From assembly GCA_031283585.1 (NCBI GenBank), contig JAITBP010000007.1, forward strand, positions 60,001 through 92,000: a stretch of DNA of 32,000 nucleotides, written 5' to 3'. The translations under genes and the position numbers were made by a program. The notes beneath the pieces are model-generated. The model saw only the letters and a list, made by a program, of their open reading frames with translations, was not told the origin of the DNA and made no database searches. Positions 22,065-30,815 of the stretch are shown one piece after another. This DNA is from Puniceicoccales bacterium (GTDB lineage: Bacteria; Verrucomicrobiota; Verrucomicrobiia; Opitutales; LL51). Positions within the stretch are counted from its first letter, which is position 1; each line of letters starts with the position of its first letter.

Positions 22065-22496
22065 ATGAGCAAGTTATCACCAGCAAGGACCAAGTATAGG
22101 AAGGTACAAAAAGGTAGAAATCGAGGAAGTGCCAAAGGAGGCGATTTTTTGGCGTTTGGAGATTTTGGCATTCAGGCCCTCGAACGTTGCAGTATGACGG
22201 CGGCTCAAATAGAAGCCGCACGGGTTTCCATATCTCGTCATTTGAAAAGAAAAGGCAAGTTGTGGGTCAGGATTTTTCCGCACAAGCCAATAACTAAAAA
22301 ACCGGCCGAAACCCGCATGGGGAAAGGGAAAGGTACCGTTGAATATTGGGCTTCGGCGGTTAAACCTGGAACCATATTATTTGAGCTGGCTGGTGTTTCG
22401 GTAACGTTAGCACGGGAAGCACTTAGGTTAGCTGATTGCAAATTGCCTATCCATTGTAGATTCATCATCCGCGAAAGTTTGGAGGATTATAAATGA
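22065..22496 (+). CDS. rplP: 50S ribosomal protein L16
   Basis: P.RTKYRK.QKGR..G.A..G and G..G..A.E......QIEAAR...SR..KR.GK.W.RIFP.KP.T.KP.E.RMGKGKG motifs. Its stop overlaps the rpmC start (ATGA). Confidence 0.97.
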   Translation: MSKLSPARTKYRKVQKGRNRGSAKGGDFLAFGDFGIQALERCSMTAAQIEAARVSISRHLKRKGKLWVRIFPHKPITKKPAETRMGKGKGTVEYWASAVKPGTILFELAGVSVTLAREALRLADCKLPIHCRFIIRESLEDYK

Positions 22497-22708
22497 CTGA
22501 TAATGTTAATTATAGAGAGCTTTCCGTGGTAGAACTCGGTAAAAAATTGGCAGAAGCTCATGATGAGATGTTTCAATTGCGGCTTAAAAAATCATCTTCT
22601 CAGTTGGAAAATTCTGCCTTCATTACAAAAACGCGAAAAAAAATTGCAAAAATTAAGACTTTTTTGAGACAAAAGTCTTGCAAGTCCAGTCAAATGCCAA
22701 CATGTTAG
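22493..22708 (+). CDS. rpmC: 50S ribosomal protein L29
   Basis: 71 aa. EL........L.E...E.FQLRLK...QLEN......R..IA.IKT is L29-like. It sits in the canonical slot between L16 and S17. Confidence 0.9.
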   Translation: MTDNVNYRELSVVELGKKLAEAHDEMFQLRLKKSSSQLENSAFITKTRKKIAKIKTFLRQKSCKSSQMPTC

Positions 22709-22719
22709 AGGAGTATAGT

Positions 22720-23004
22720 ATGTCTGGGAGTTGTCATAGTATAAGTAGAAAAAATGCGCGAAAGAAGTTGGTAGGTATTGTGACCGGACGTTGCGGTGAC
22801 AAAACCATCAAAGTTGCCTACTCTTATAAAGTTCCACATCCTCTTTATAAAAAGGAAATTAAGCGAAGGACATTGGTCCATGTCCATGATCAAAATAACG
22901 AGTGTTCCGTTGGCGACGAGATTGAAATAATGGAAACGCGGCCTTTGAGTAAATTAAAACGTTGGCGTTTCGTGGGAATAGTAAAAAAAGCACCCATTTT
23001 GTGA
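22720..23004 (+). CDS. rpsQ: 30S ribosomal protein S17
   Basis: RK.LVGIV......KTIKV.......HPLYKK......K...HD..N....GD.V.I.E.RPLSK.KRW motif. GAGGAG lies 7 nt upstream of the ATG at 22720. The track TTG start at 22678 would overlap rpmC. Confidence 0.93.
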   Translation: MSGSCHSISRKNARKKLVGIVTGRCGDKTIKVAYSYKVPHPLYKKEIKRRTLVHVHDQNNECSVGDEIEIMETRPLSKLKRWRFVGIVKKAPIL

Positions 23005-23040
23005 TGTAAAGTAAATAAAATAGAAAGGTTTTTATATTAT

Positions 23041-23406
23041 ATGTTGCAACAACAAAGTATATTGGATGTGGCGGACAATACCGGCGCTAAAAAGGCGATG
23101 ATGATTCGGCGGCTTGGTCAGAATAAGCGAACTGCTTCGGTAGGAGACATTATAGTTGTCACAATAAAAGATAGCATTCCTGAAGCATCTGTGAAAAAAG
23201 GTACTGTTGCTAAGGCAGTTATAGTCAGAACAACCTATCCCGTAAGGCGTGAAGATGGCAGTTATCTTCGGTTCGACAGCAATGCCTGTGTATTGATAGA
23301 TGATAAAAATAATCCGTCGGGGACGAGAATTTTTGGTCCGATCGCTCGTGAACTGCGACAGAAAAATTTTATGAAAATAATATCGCTATCTCCGGAGGTA
23401 ATATGA
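23041..23406 (+). CDS. rplN: 50S ribosomal protein L14
   Basis: The sequence MLQQQS.L.VADN.GAK........LG, GD.IVV.IK and IRFD.NA.VLI.....P.GTRIFGP.ARELR matches L14. There is an ATGA overlap with rplX. Confidence 0.98.
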   Translation: MLQQQSILDVADNTGAKKAMMIRRLGQNKRTASVGDIIVVTIKDSIPEASVKKGTVAKAVIVRTTYPVRREDGSYLRFDSNACVLIDDKNNPSGTRIFGPIARELRQKNFMKIISLSPEVI

Positions 23407-23660
23407 AATATTCTATAAAAAAAGGTGATGACGTGGTTGTTATTTCCGGTTCGAATAGAGGAGAAAGAGGTCGCGTGATTCGCGTGTTGCGTGATTCGTG
23501 TCGAGTTACAATAGAAGGGGTTGCATTACGAAAGAAGTTCGTGAAAAAAAGTCAGACCAACCCGGAAGGCGGTGAAATTAAAATGGAATCGGCGATCCAC
23601 TATTCCAATGTTATGTTAGCATCTAGGTACGATTCAAAACGGACAAAGCCTGTCAAATGA
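23403..23660 (+). CDS. rplX: 50S ribosomal protein L24 (short, 85 aa)
   Basis: KOW motif IKKGD.V.VISG...G..G.V..V, followed by ....V.IEGV...KK..K.......GGI...E..IH.SNV. Confidence 0.93.
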   Translation: MKYSIKKGDDVVVISGSNRGERGRVIRVLRDSCRVTIEGVALRKKFVKKSQTNPEGGEIKMESAIHYSNVMLASRYDSKRTKPVK

Positions 23661-23697
23661 ATGATGATATGTTGTTGTGGTAGTAATAGTTATGGTT

Positions 23698-24252
23698 ATG
23701 AAAATTAGATCTACATTGAAGGATTTATATCTAAAAGTGGTTGTTCCTGAACTCGAAAAAGTTCACGGATATCGTAATCGTCATGATGTTCCAAAGCTCG
23801 AAAAAATTGTCGTGAATTCTGCGATAAATTCAAGTTGTGATAAATCTTACATTGAGGATCTTACGAAAGATATAGGTTTGATAACCGGCCAAAAACCTGT
23901 GCTAATTGCCGCAAGGAAAAGTATCTCTAACTTCAAGCTGAGGAAAGGGATGCCGAACGGAGTGAAAGTTACATTACGAGGTGATAGCATGTACGATTTT
24001 TTTCTAAGGTTCACATGTATTTCTCTGCCAATAGTTAGGGATTTTAGAGGAGTTTCGAGTAAAATGGATGGTCGTGGTAATTACACCGTGGGTGTGACTG
24101 ATCACACCATATTTCCTGAGATTAGTGTTGACCGAGAGAAAAAAATTGTAGGAATGGACATATCGTTTATTACTACGGCGAAGACCGATAACGAAGGACG
24201 CGATCTTCTAAGGATGTTAGGGATGCCTTTCAAGAAAAAAATTAATGTGTAA
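23698..24252 (+). CDS. rplE: 50S ribosomal protein L5
   Basis: The motifs L...Y...V.P.L......N...VP.L.KIV.N, I.GQKP......KSI..FKLR.GMP.G.KVTLRG..MY.F, and RDFRG.......GRGNY..G...H..FPEI are typical of L5. The start is ambiguous (GTG 23677, ATG 23692 or ATG 23698). Confidence 0.95.
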   Translation: MKIRSTLKDLYLKVVVPELEKVHGYRNRHDVPKLEKIVVNSAINSSCDKSYIEDLTKDIGLITGQKPVLIAARKSISNFKLRKGMPNGVKVTLRGDSMYDFFLRFTCISLPIVRDFRGVSSKMDGRGNYTVGVTDHTIFPEISVDREKKIVGMDISFITTAKTDNEGRDLLRMLGMPFKKKINV

Positions 24253-24257
24253 TAACT

Positions 24258-24563
24258 ATGGCAAAAATTTCGGTGATAAAAAGAAATGAAAAGCGCAAAG
24301 CTCTCGTGGCTAAATTTGCGGCGAAAAGAGCTGAATACAAAAAAATACTTCGCGATCAAAATGTGGAGGATGCGGTGTTTTTTGAAACGTTGCGTAAATT
24401 GAACAAACTTTCAAGGAATTCGTCGTCGGTACGCGTTAGAAATAGGTGCTGCATAACCGGTAGACCTCGCGCATTTCATGGAAGATTCGGTGTGTCGAGG
24501 CTTCAGTTGAGAGAATTTGCTCTGGCCGGATTGATTCCTGGATTGGTTAAGGCTTCTTGGTAG
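24258..24563 (+). CDS. rpsN: 30S ribosomal protein S14 (long, 101-aa form)
   Basis: The sequence MAK.S.I.R..KR..LV.K...KR and RNRC..TGRPR...R.FG.SR...RE.A..G.IPG..KASW matches the long form of S14. Confidence 0.96.
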   Translation: MAKISVIKRNEKRKALVAKFAAKRAEYKKILRDQNVEDAVFFETLRKLNKLSRNSSSVRVRNRCCITGRPRAFHGRFGVSRLQLREFALAGLIPGLVKASW

Positions 24564-24579
24564 TTTAGGGTGTGATTTC

Positions 24580-24969
24580 ATGGATACCGTAGGAGATTTT
24601 TTAACCGCTATAAGAAATGCAAGTGCCGCTGGCAAAGAGAGTTGTGTTTTCCCATTTTCGAAAATGAGAGAGTCCATCGCCGCTATTTTGAAGGCCAATG
24701 GTTATATTGCGGATTGTTTTAAAATTAATACAGAAAAAGGTGTTTTAATGTTGAAAGTTTGCATTAAATACGTAAAGGATAAACCTGCGATAGTGGAACT
24801 TATGCGTTGTAGTAAACCTGGGTGTAGGATTTATTTTGGTGCGAAATCGATACCACCGGTCATTAATGGTTTGGGCATGTCCATTCTCAGCACATCCAAA
24901 GGGGTAATGTCAAATCGTGAAGCATTCAGGCTGAATGTAGGTGGTGAACTGTTATGTAAGGTTTGGTAG
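24580..24969 (+). CDS. rpsH: 30S ribosomal protein S8
   Basis: D...D.LT.IRNA..A....V..P.S K....I..ILK..GYI and ....G.GI.ILSTS.GVM....A....VGGE.LC.VW motifs. Confidence 0.97.
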   Translation: MDTVGDFLTAIRNASAAGKESCVFPFSKMRESIAAILKANGYIADCFKINTEKGVLMLKVCIKYVKDKPAIVELMRCSKPGCRIYFGAKSIPPVINGLGMSILSTSKGVMSNREAFRLNVGGELLCKVW

Positions 24970-24980
24970 GTGAATATGTT

Positions 24981-25520
24981 ATGAGTAGAATTGGAAAATT
25001 ACCAATAGAAATACCAGCGGCTGTTACCGTTACCGTTGATGGTGATGTGGTTAATGTGACCGGTCCCCAGGGAAAGCTCAGCAAAAAATTCGATTCGTCG
25101 GTTATTATAAGTACTTCTGCCGGAGTTGTTTCTGTAACATGCAAAGATAGCAATAATGCCCATTCATTGGCTATGCACGGTACGGTTAGGTCTATTATAA
25201 ATGCGATGATAATCGGTGTTCAGAAATGTTTTTCGAAAAATCTCGAAATAAATGGAGTTGGGTTCAAAGCCGCTATCTCCGGCAATGAATTGGATTTATC
25301 CCTAGGATATTCGCATCCAATACGTTACAAGGTGCCAGAGGGAATAAAAATTGTGATTAGGGAAAATACGAAAATTTTGGTCGAAGGCGCGGATAAACAT
25401 ATGGTCGGGCAGGTTGCCGCTGATATAAAGCATTTTTATCCGGTTGAACCCTATAAGGGAAAAGGAGTTAGAATTGTGGGCGAACATGTTCGCAGAAAAG
25501 ATGGTAAAAAGGCGTCCTAG
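24981..25520 (+). CDS. rplF: 50S ribosomal protein L6
   Basis: The sequence MSRIGK.PI.IP..V.V......V.V.GP.G.L, L.I.GVG.KA......L.L.LGYSHP, and PYKGKG.R matches L6. The track start at 24963 overlaps rpsH, so the ATG at 24981 is preferred. Confidence 0.97.
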   Translation: MSRIGKLPIEIPAAVTVTVDGDVVNVTGPQGKLSKKFDSSVIISTSAGVVSVTCKDSNNAHSLAMHGTVRSIINAMIIGVQKCFSKNLEINGVGFKAAISGNELDLSLGYSHPIRYKVPEGIKIVIRENTKILVEGADKHMVGQVAADIKHFYPVEPYKGKGVRIVGEHVRRKDGKKAS

Positions 25521-25531
25521 GATATTTGTTT

Positions 25532-25894
25532 ATGAATTGTAAAAATAAAAAGAAATCGCAGGAAAGAAAAAAACTTAGAGTTAGGCAACGGATTCATGGC
25601 ACAACGTTAAGACCTAGATTGTCTGTTTATTTCAGCGCTAAACATGTTTATGCTCAGTGCATAAACGATGACACGGGTTCGACGGTTGCTGCACTATCGA
25701 CACTGTCTTCCAAGTTTAAGGACAAAAAACTCAAGCCAAACGTCGATGGCGCCGGCGAATTTGGCCTTGAATTTGGGAAACATGCCCTGGCCTGTGGAGT
25801 TAAACAGGTGGTGTTCGATCGTGGCATAAGAAAGTTTCATGGTGTGGTCGCCTCGTTCGCAAATGCTGCAAGGTCATCTGGGTTAAGCTTTTAG
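25532..25894 (+). CDS. rplR: 50S ribosomal protein L18
   Basis: R.RR..R.R......RPRL.V..S..H.YAQ.I.D..G.T....ST and ....V.FDRG....HG.V...A.AAR..GL.F motifs. The track TTG is at 25526 and the ATG at 25532. Confidence 0.95.
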   Translation: MNCKNKKKSQERKKLRVRQRIHGTTLRPRLSVYFSAKHVYAQCINDDTGSTVAALSTLSSKFKDKKLKPNVDGAGEFGLEFGKHALACGVKQVVFDRGIRKFHGVVASFANAARSSGLSF

Positions 25895-25900
25895 TATATT

Positions 25901-26476
25901 ATGAATGGCGATAGAAATTTTTCTGGTTTTTTCGGTGCTAATAGTGGTTTTCGCGGTAGAAGAAAGCGCGATAGTGGTGAAGCCACTAAAGATCCGCGCG
26001 ATCCCGAAAATCAATTTGTGGACAAGGTTGTGCGAATAAATCGTTGCGCGAAAGTTGTTAAAGGCGGGCGTAGGTTTGGATTTTCCGCATTGGCAGTGGT
26101 GGGCGACAAGGCCGGACGCGTGGGTATTGGTCTGGGCAAAGCAAAAGAAACGCCGGATGCGGTCCGTAAAGCCATTGAGCAGGCTAAGAAAAACATAAAA
26201 CCCTACTCTATCCATAGTTCCACTGTTCCACATGTAGTTGTCGGTGTTGCAGATGGAGGTCGAGTGTTGCTGCGTCCAGCCGCACCTGGCACCGGAATCA
26301 TAGCCGGCGGTGGCGTTCGGGCTGTTCTGGAAGTCCTTGGCGTAACAGATATTCTCACAAAGTCAATGGGATCGAATAATCCATTTGCAATGGTAAGAGC
26401 AACCCTGGATGCGCTTTCGCAACTCAGGACAAAGGAAGAGGTTATGGCCATACGCAATGCAAACTGTGACTGTTAA
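25901..26476 (+). CDS. rpsE: 30S ribosomal protein S5 (191 aa, with a Gly/Arg-rich N-terminal extension)
   Basis: [32 protein letters not shown]...AKKN and G.G..AGG..RAVLE..G..D.L.KS.GS.NP motifs. Confidence 0.97.
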   Translation: MNGDRNFSGFFGANSGFRGRRKRDSGEATKDPRDPENQFVDKVVRINRCAKVVKGGRRFGFSALAVVGDKAGRVGIGLGKAKETPDAVRKAIEQAKKNIKPYSIHSSTVPHVVVGVADGGRVLLRPAAPGTGIIAGGGVRAVLEVLGVTDILTKSMGSNNPFAMVRATLDALSQLRTKEEVMAIRNANCDC

Positions 26477-26495
26477 TTTATTGGGTTAATTGGTG

Positions 26496-26951
26496 ATGAA
26501 ATTACATAATTTAGTTAAAATTGGAAATAGCGATCATAACCGCCGGCGAGGACGTGGTGATAGTAGCGGAAGAGGCGGAACCAGTGGCCGCGGCCATAAG
26601 GGCGGAAAGGCAAGGTCTGGCTATTCGCCGGCGCCCTGCTGTTGCGGAATCCCCTACTATAGAAGGTTACCGAAACGTGGCTTCAAAAATTTTTTGTTCA
26701 AAACCGATGTGGCTATTGTAAATATTTCAAGCCTAGCCCGGCTAACCGAAGACTTGATTGACAGATCCACACTGATAAAGTATGGGCTTGTGGACAAAGG
26801 TGATATGATCATAAAAGTGCTTGGAAGCGGAGAACTTGACAGAAAAATCACCGTAACGGCCGATTTTTTTTCGACGGCAGCGGAAAAGAAAATATTGGAC
26901 GCCGGCGGATCCGTGGTCAAACTGGCCTCCGGGGCAAAAATTGAAGATTAA
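26496..26951 (+). CDS. rplO: 50S ribosomal protein L15 (divergent conserved loop)
   Basis: MKLHNL......RR.GRG..SG.G.TSGRGHKG.KARSG....YRRLPKRGF motif. It follows rpsE directly, with no rpmD between them. The usual GFEGGQMP motif is replaced (see finding). The track TTG is at 26490 and the ATG at 26496. Confidence 0.93.
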   Translation: MKLHNLVKIGNSDHNRRRGRGDSSGRGGTSGRGHKGGKARSGYSPAPCCCGIPYYRRLPKRGFKNFLFKTDVAIVNISSLARLTEDLIDRSTLIKYGLVDKGDMIIKVLGSGELDRKITVTADFFSTAAEKKILDAGGSVVKLASGAKIED

Positions 26952-26965
26952 ATTGGCGTTATTAC

Positions 26966-28474
26966 ATGTTTTTAGCATTTATAAATTGCATAAAAATTCC
27001 CGAACTGAGAAAAAAGATATTTTTTACTCTGTCCATGATTTTTGTCGCTAGGATCGGGGCTAGCATTCCACTTCCAGGCTTAGATCCTAAGCCATTGTGC
27101 GATTTTTTTACAAAACAAAACAGTTCTTCGGGTGGACTGGTCGGGCTCTATGACATGTTTACCGGCGGTGCTTTTTTAAAAGGAGCTATTTTTGGCCTAG
27201 GCGTAATGCCATACATAAGTGCGTCCATAATATTACAACTCCTTACGGCTGTTACACCTAGCCTCGCAAGGATCCAAAGAGAACATGGCGGTCGTCAGAG
27301 AATCGCCCAGTACACCAGGTATCTAACCGTGTTGATTTGTCTGATTCAGGGCATTCTGTTGGTACTCGCTCTCGCAAACTATCCAGAGAAGCTGTTTATG
27401 GGCTTCGATAAAGAAAAATACGGGGACATAGTTGTGATGAACCGTGGAATGTTTTTTGTCACATCCACCATATTTTTGACGGCCGGTACGATGATTTTGA
27501 CCTGGTTTGGCGAAAGAATCACGCAATTTGGCATAGGTAATGGTGTTTCCGTGTTGATAACCGTAGGCATCCTGTCTTCGCTGCCAAAGGCCATATATTG
27601 TTTATGTGGAATGCTTAGCACACCGCTTGGCGAGGAAAAATCCATTCTTGGAGCATCCCAATTGGGCCTGATGATGATTTTACTTCTTATAGTCGTAAGC
27701 AGCATGGTGGCTGTTACCCAGGCCGTGAGAAAAATTCCAGTACAATACGCGAAGCAGGTCATTGGCAGGAAGGTTATGGGTGGCCAAGCGTCGGTGTTGC
27801 CATTGAAAGTCAACTATGCCGGTGTCATGCCAGTTATATTTGCTAGCACGATATTAATGTTTCCGCAGCAAGTACTTGCATACATTGGTGGCGCAACAGG
27901 TATTTCATTTTTTCAAAAAATGTCAGTCATCCTGTCCCACGGCTCCAAGGTTTATTATACGATCTATGGCACATTAATACTGGTATTCAGCTACTTCTGG
28001 GTTTCCATCATGTTTAAACCTACCCAGGTCGCCGATGATTTGAAGAGAAATAACGGCTATATTCTTGGAATTCGGCCAGGGGCTGCGACGGCAGAGTTTT
28101 TGGATTTTGTAATGACACGGCTCACTTTGGCCGGCGCTATCTTCTTGACTGTAATAGCTTTATTGCCGGATTTGGTATATTTTTCGTTTGGAGTTCCCTA
28201 TCAAATTGCCATGTTTTTTGGAGGAACCGGAACATTGATCTCCGTCGGAGTCATACTGGAGACGATGAAACAAATGGAGGTGCACTTGCTGGAAAGAAAC
28301 TATGACGGATTTTGGGCCAAGGGGAAAATCAGGACCAGAGCGCTGCCATCAGGCGGTGAACAGGGCACATCTCGGGATGTTATTGAGTTCATTAGAAGGA
28401 CTAGAAAATTTTGGATTGCAGTCGGTATTCTGATGATTGTTGGACTCATATCATTCTTTCTAAGAAAGAGATAG
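26966..28474 (+). CDS. secY: Preprotein translocase subunit SecY (502 aa, extended C-terminus)
   Basis: A multi-TM protein with GASIPLPG, SIF.LG.MPYISASI..QLL, GERIT..GIGNG.S..I and ...YAGV.P.IFAS motifs, ending the canonical part at ETMKQME..L..RNYDGF. Confidence 0.96.
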   Translation: MFLAFINCIKIPELRKKIFFTLSMIFVARIGASIPLPGLDPKPLCDFFTKQNSSSGGLVGLYDMFTGGAFLKGAIFGLGVMPYISASIILQLLTAVTPSLARIQREHGGRQRIAQYTRYLTVLICLIQGILLVLALANYPEKLFMGFDKEKYGDIVVMNRGMFFVTSTIFLTAGTMILTWFGERITQFGIGNGVSVLITVGILSSLPKAIYCLCGMLSTPLGEEKSILGASQLGLMMILLLIVVSSMVAVTQAVRKIPVQYAKQVIGRKVMGGQASVLPLKVNYAGVMPVIFASTILMFPQQVLAYIGGATGISFFQKMSVILSHGSKVYYTIYGTLILVFSYFWVSIMFKPTQVADDLKRNNGYILGIRPGAATAEFLDFVMTRLTLAGAIFLTVIALLPDLVYFSFGVPYQIAMFFGGTGTLISVGVILETMKQMEVHLLERNYDGFWAKGKIRTRALPSGGEQGTSRDVIEFIRRTRKFWIAVGILMIVGLISFFLRKR

Positions 28475-28485
28475 GTTCGCAATGT

Positions 28486-29253
28486 ATGATAAATATTAGG
28501 ACAGAATCCGATATACTGAAAATGAGAAAAGCAGGACAGGTTGCAGCGGCGGTTTTGGATGATGTGGTTTCCCAGGTGAAAATTGGCATTTCCACCGCAC
28601 AGCTCAACGAGTTAACGTTCGAATCCATGAAAAATCACGGGGCCACCAGCGCCACCTATAACTATAAAAGTGGCAATAAAGTATTTCCAGGCTATGCCTG
28701 TTTTTCCATAAACGATGTGGTCGTCCACGGGATCCCGTCGAATCAGATTCTATTGACCGATGGCGATATTATAAGTATCGATGTCGCAACATTTTATGAC
28801 GGCTTTGTCGGCGATAACACAAAAACAGTTTTGGTTGGCCAGGTGGACGAGTCCGTTAAAAGTTTGGTAAATGCAACGGAGTTGGCGCTTCAGGCTGGCA
28901 TAGATGCCGCGGTCGAAGGTAATCGGGTTGGCGATATTTCCTATGCAATTCAATGTTGTGCGGCTATGCATGGCTACGGTGTTGTAAAAGAGCTTGTCGG
29001 CCATGGTGTTGGGAGAAATATGCATGAAGAACCACAGGTACCAAATTATGGCAGACCAAACACCGGTCCTCTGTTGAAAAAAGGCATGACCATAGCCATA
29101 GAACCGATGTTAACCCTAGGAAAATCCGACATATCCGTCGACGATGACGGGTGGACCATAAGAACCACCGACGGATCCGTGGCCGCTCACTGCGAACATA
29201 CCATATTAATCACAAATAATGAACCAGAAGTGTTGACTTTGTTAAAAAAATGA
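28486..29253 (+). CDS. map: Methionine aminopeptidase, type I
   Basis: Metal-ligand context is intact: VVHGIP, DIISIDV, GDN, LVGHGVG...HE.P, IAIEPM, AHCEHT. The track start at 28411 overlaps the secY C-terminus, so the ATG at 28486 (MINIRTE.DI..MR.AG) is preferred. Confidence 0.95.
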   Translation: MINIRTESDILKMRKAGQVAAAVLDDVVSQVKIGISTAQLNELTFESMKNHGATSATYNYKSGNKVFPGYACFSINDVVVHGIPSNQILLTDGDIISIDVATFYDGFVGDNTKTVLVGQVDESVKSLVNATELALQAGIDAAVEGNRVGDISYAIQCCAAMHGYGVVKELVGHGVGRNMHEEPQVPNYGRPNTGPLLKKGMTIAIEPMLTLGKSDISVDDDGWTIRTTDGSVAAHCEHTILITNNEPEVLTLLKK

Positions 29254-29302
29254 TTTTCAAAAGCAAAAGTGTTGAGAAGTTAGTTTATCAAAAGGTAAAA
29301 TT

Positions 29303-29680
29303 ATGCCACGTTTATTAGGAATAGATATACCGAATAATAAAAAGTTGCCCTTTGCGTTGCGCTATATATATGGCATCGGGCCTACGCGGGCCGATTTGAT
29401 CGTCGAGCAGACCGGACTTAATCCAGACATGCGTTCCAATGAGTTGACCGAAGAAGATATAAACAAAATATCGTCGACTATTGTTGAAAATGGATGGAAA
29501 ATTGAAGGTGACTTGCGCCGGGAGATTGTTTCAAATCTCAAACGATTGCAGGCAATTAAGTGTTATCGTGGTCTACGACATTACCGTGGACTTCCGGTGC
29601 GCGGACAACGGACCTCAACCAATGCAAGAACGAGGAAAGGCTCCAGGAAAACGGTTGGTGTTTTGCGTGGTAAAAAGTAG
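29303..29680 (+). CDS. rpsM: 30S ribosomal protein S13
   Basis: The sequence MPRL.GIDIP..K.....L..IYGIG...[22 protein letters not shown] matches S13. Confidence 0.98.
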   Translation: MPRLLGIDIPNNKKLPFALRYIYGIGPTRADLIVEQTGLNPDMRSNELTEEDINKISSTIVENGWKIEGDLRREIVSNLKRLQAIKCYRGLRHYRGLPVRGQRTSTNARTRKGSRKTVGVLRGKK

Positions 29681-29695
29681 TAGATATGCGCGGTT

Positions 29696-30172
29696 ATGAG
29701 TGACGAAATAAAAAAGAAGGATGATCTTCCGGTTGATTCGGCCCAAAAAACCGAAGCATCGGTTACGGATCTTCTTGGCGATGAGGTTGGAGACGTTAAA
29801 ATCCGTCGTGCCAAAAATAGCAGAAATATTACCCGGGGACTATGTCATATATTGGCCACATTTAACAACACAAAGGTTTGTTTTTCAGATCCGGCTGGCA
29901 ATGTGATATCCTGGTCGAGTTCCGGAAAATGCAACTTCAGGGGCTCAAGAAAATCCACAGCCTATGCTGCGCAGATTGTTACCCAGGACGCTGGCAAAGT
30001 TGCTATGTCCCACGGACTTAAGGAAGTTGATGTGAAGGTTAAGGGGCCAGGAATGGGTCGCGATTCGGCCATACGGACGTTGCAATCTTTAGGCTTGACT
30101 GTTTACAGCATTCTTGATGATACGCCTCTTCCGCATAATGGTTGTCGCCCGCCGAAACGTAGGCGAGTGTAA
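29696..30172 (+). CDS. rpsK: 30S ribosomal protein S11 (158 aa, with an acidic N-terminal extension)
   Basis: The sequence G..HI.ATFNNT.V...D..GN...W.S.G...F.GSRKST.YAAQ, V.VKGPG.GR.SAIR.L...[19 protein letters not shown] matches S11. Confidence 0.96.
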   Translation: MSDEIKKKDDLPVDSAQKTEASVTDLLGDEVGDVKIRRAKNSRNITRGLCHILATFNNTKVCFSDPAGNVISWSSSGKCNFRGSRKSTAYAAQIVTQDAGKVAMSHGLKEVDVKVKGPGMGRDSAIRTLQSLGLTVYSILDDTPLPHNGCRPPKRRRV

Positions 30173-30193
30173 GTGTGATAATAGGAGGAAGTT

Positions 30194-30802
30194 ATGTCTC
30201 GTTATACCGGTCCAAAAGCAAGAATTAATAGACGTTTCAACCAGGAAATATTCCCGGATTGTAGGGCTGTGGAGCGCAAGCCCTATCTGCCTGGCATACA
30301 TGGTCCACGGCTACGTCGTCGCACATCCGAGTATTCCGTTGGGTTGAACGAAAAACAAAAATTGCGGTTTATGTACGGTTTGACCGAAAAGCAGTTTCGG
30401 CTGATATTCGATACGGCTAAAGGGTTGCCTGGCATCACAAGCGAGCGGTTTATGTGCCTACTGGAGATGAGGTTAGATAGCATTGTTTATCTGCTTGGGT
30501 TAGCTAAAACCCGACGGGCGGCACGGCAATTTGTATCCCACAGGCACGTTACGGTGAACGGCCGTTGTGTGGATATCGCCAGCTATCTGTGTAAAATTGG
30601 CGACAGCGTAGGTGTTAAAAATTCATCCCAGTCAAAGAGATATGCAACACAAAGCATTGCTGACTCGATCTACAGGTCGATTCCAGCTTGGTTGTCCCAG
30701 GATAAAACCATGTTGAATGGAAAAATCGAACGCGATCCACTTCCAGAAGAACTGGATAAGAAAATAAACGGACAATTGATAGTTGAATTTTATAATAGAT
30801 AG
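30194..30802 (+). CDS. rpsD: 30S ribosomal protein S4
   Basis: MSRYTGPK.R..RR, Y.....EKQKLRF.YG..EKQFR, and an S4 RNA-binding domain (RLD..V...G.A.TRR.ARQ.V.H.H..VNG..V.I.SY) are present. Confidence 0.97.
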   Translation: MSRYTGPKARINRRFNQEIFPDCRAVERKPYLPGIHGPRLRRRTSEYSVGLNEKQKLRFMYGLTEKQFRLIFDTAKGLPGITSERFMCLLEMRLDSIVYLLGLAKTRRAARQFVSHRHVTVNGRCVDIASYLCKIGDSVGVKNSSQSKRYATQSIADSIYRSIPAWLSQDKTMLNGKIERDPLPEELDKKINGQLIVEFYNR

Positions 30803-30815
30803 TTTTTTTTAATTT

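Noticed and set aside
26521-26721. A 66-aa + strand ORF in an alternate frame inside rplO. I considered it as possible evidence of a frameshift that would explain the odd L15 loop.
   Set aside because: Its translation (Ala/Glu/Arg-rich) is what a Gly/Arg-codon-rich region yields when read out of frame. It does not restore the GFEGGQ motif. The L15 frame stays open, with conserved motifs on both sides.
28411-28485. An upstream extension of the map ORF that overlaps the secY 3' end by 64 nt
   Set aside because: The extension (MDCSRYSDDCWTHIILSKKEIGSQC) is not MetAP-like. The internal ATG at 28486 gives a canonical MetAP N-terminus. The same reasoning applies to the TTG/GTG-extended track starts of comM, secE, rplA, rpoC, rpsL, rplC, rplD, rpsQ, rplE, rplF, rplR and rplO.
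29481-30347. Alternate-frame + strand ORFs inside rpsM, rpsK and rpsD (29481..29699, 29721..29906 and 30114..30347)
   Set aside because: They are out of frame with strongly conserved ribosomal protein genes. They have no motifs and no independent start context.
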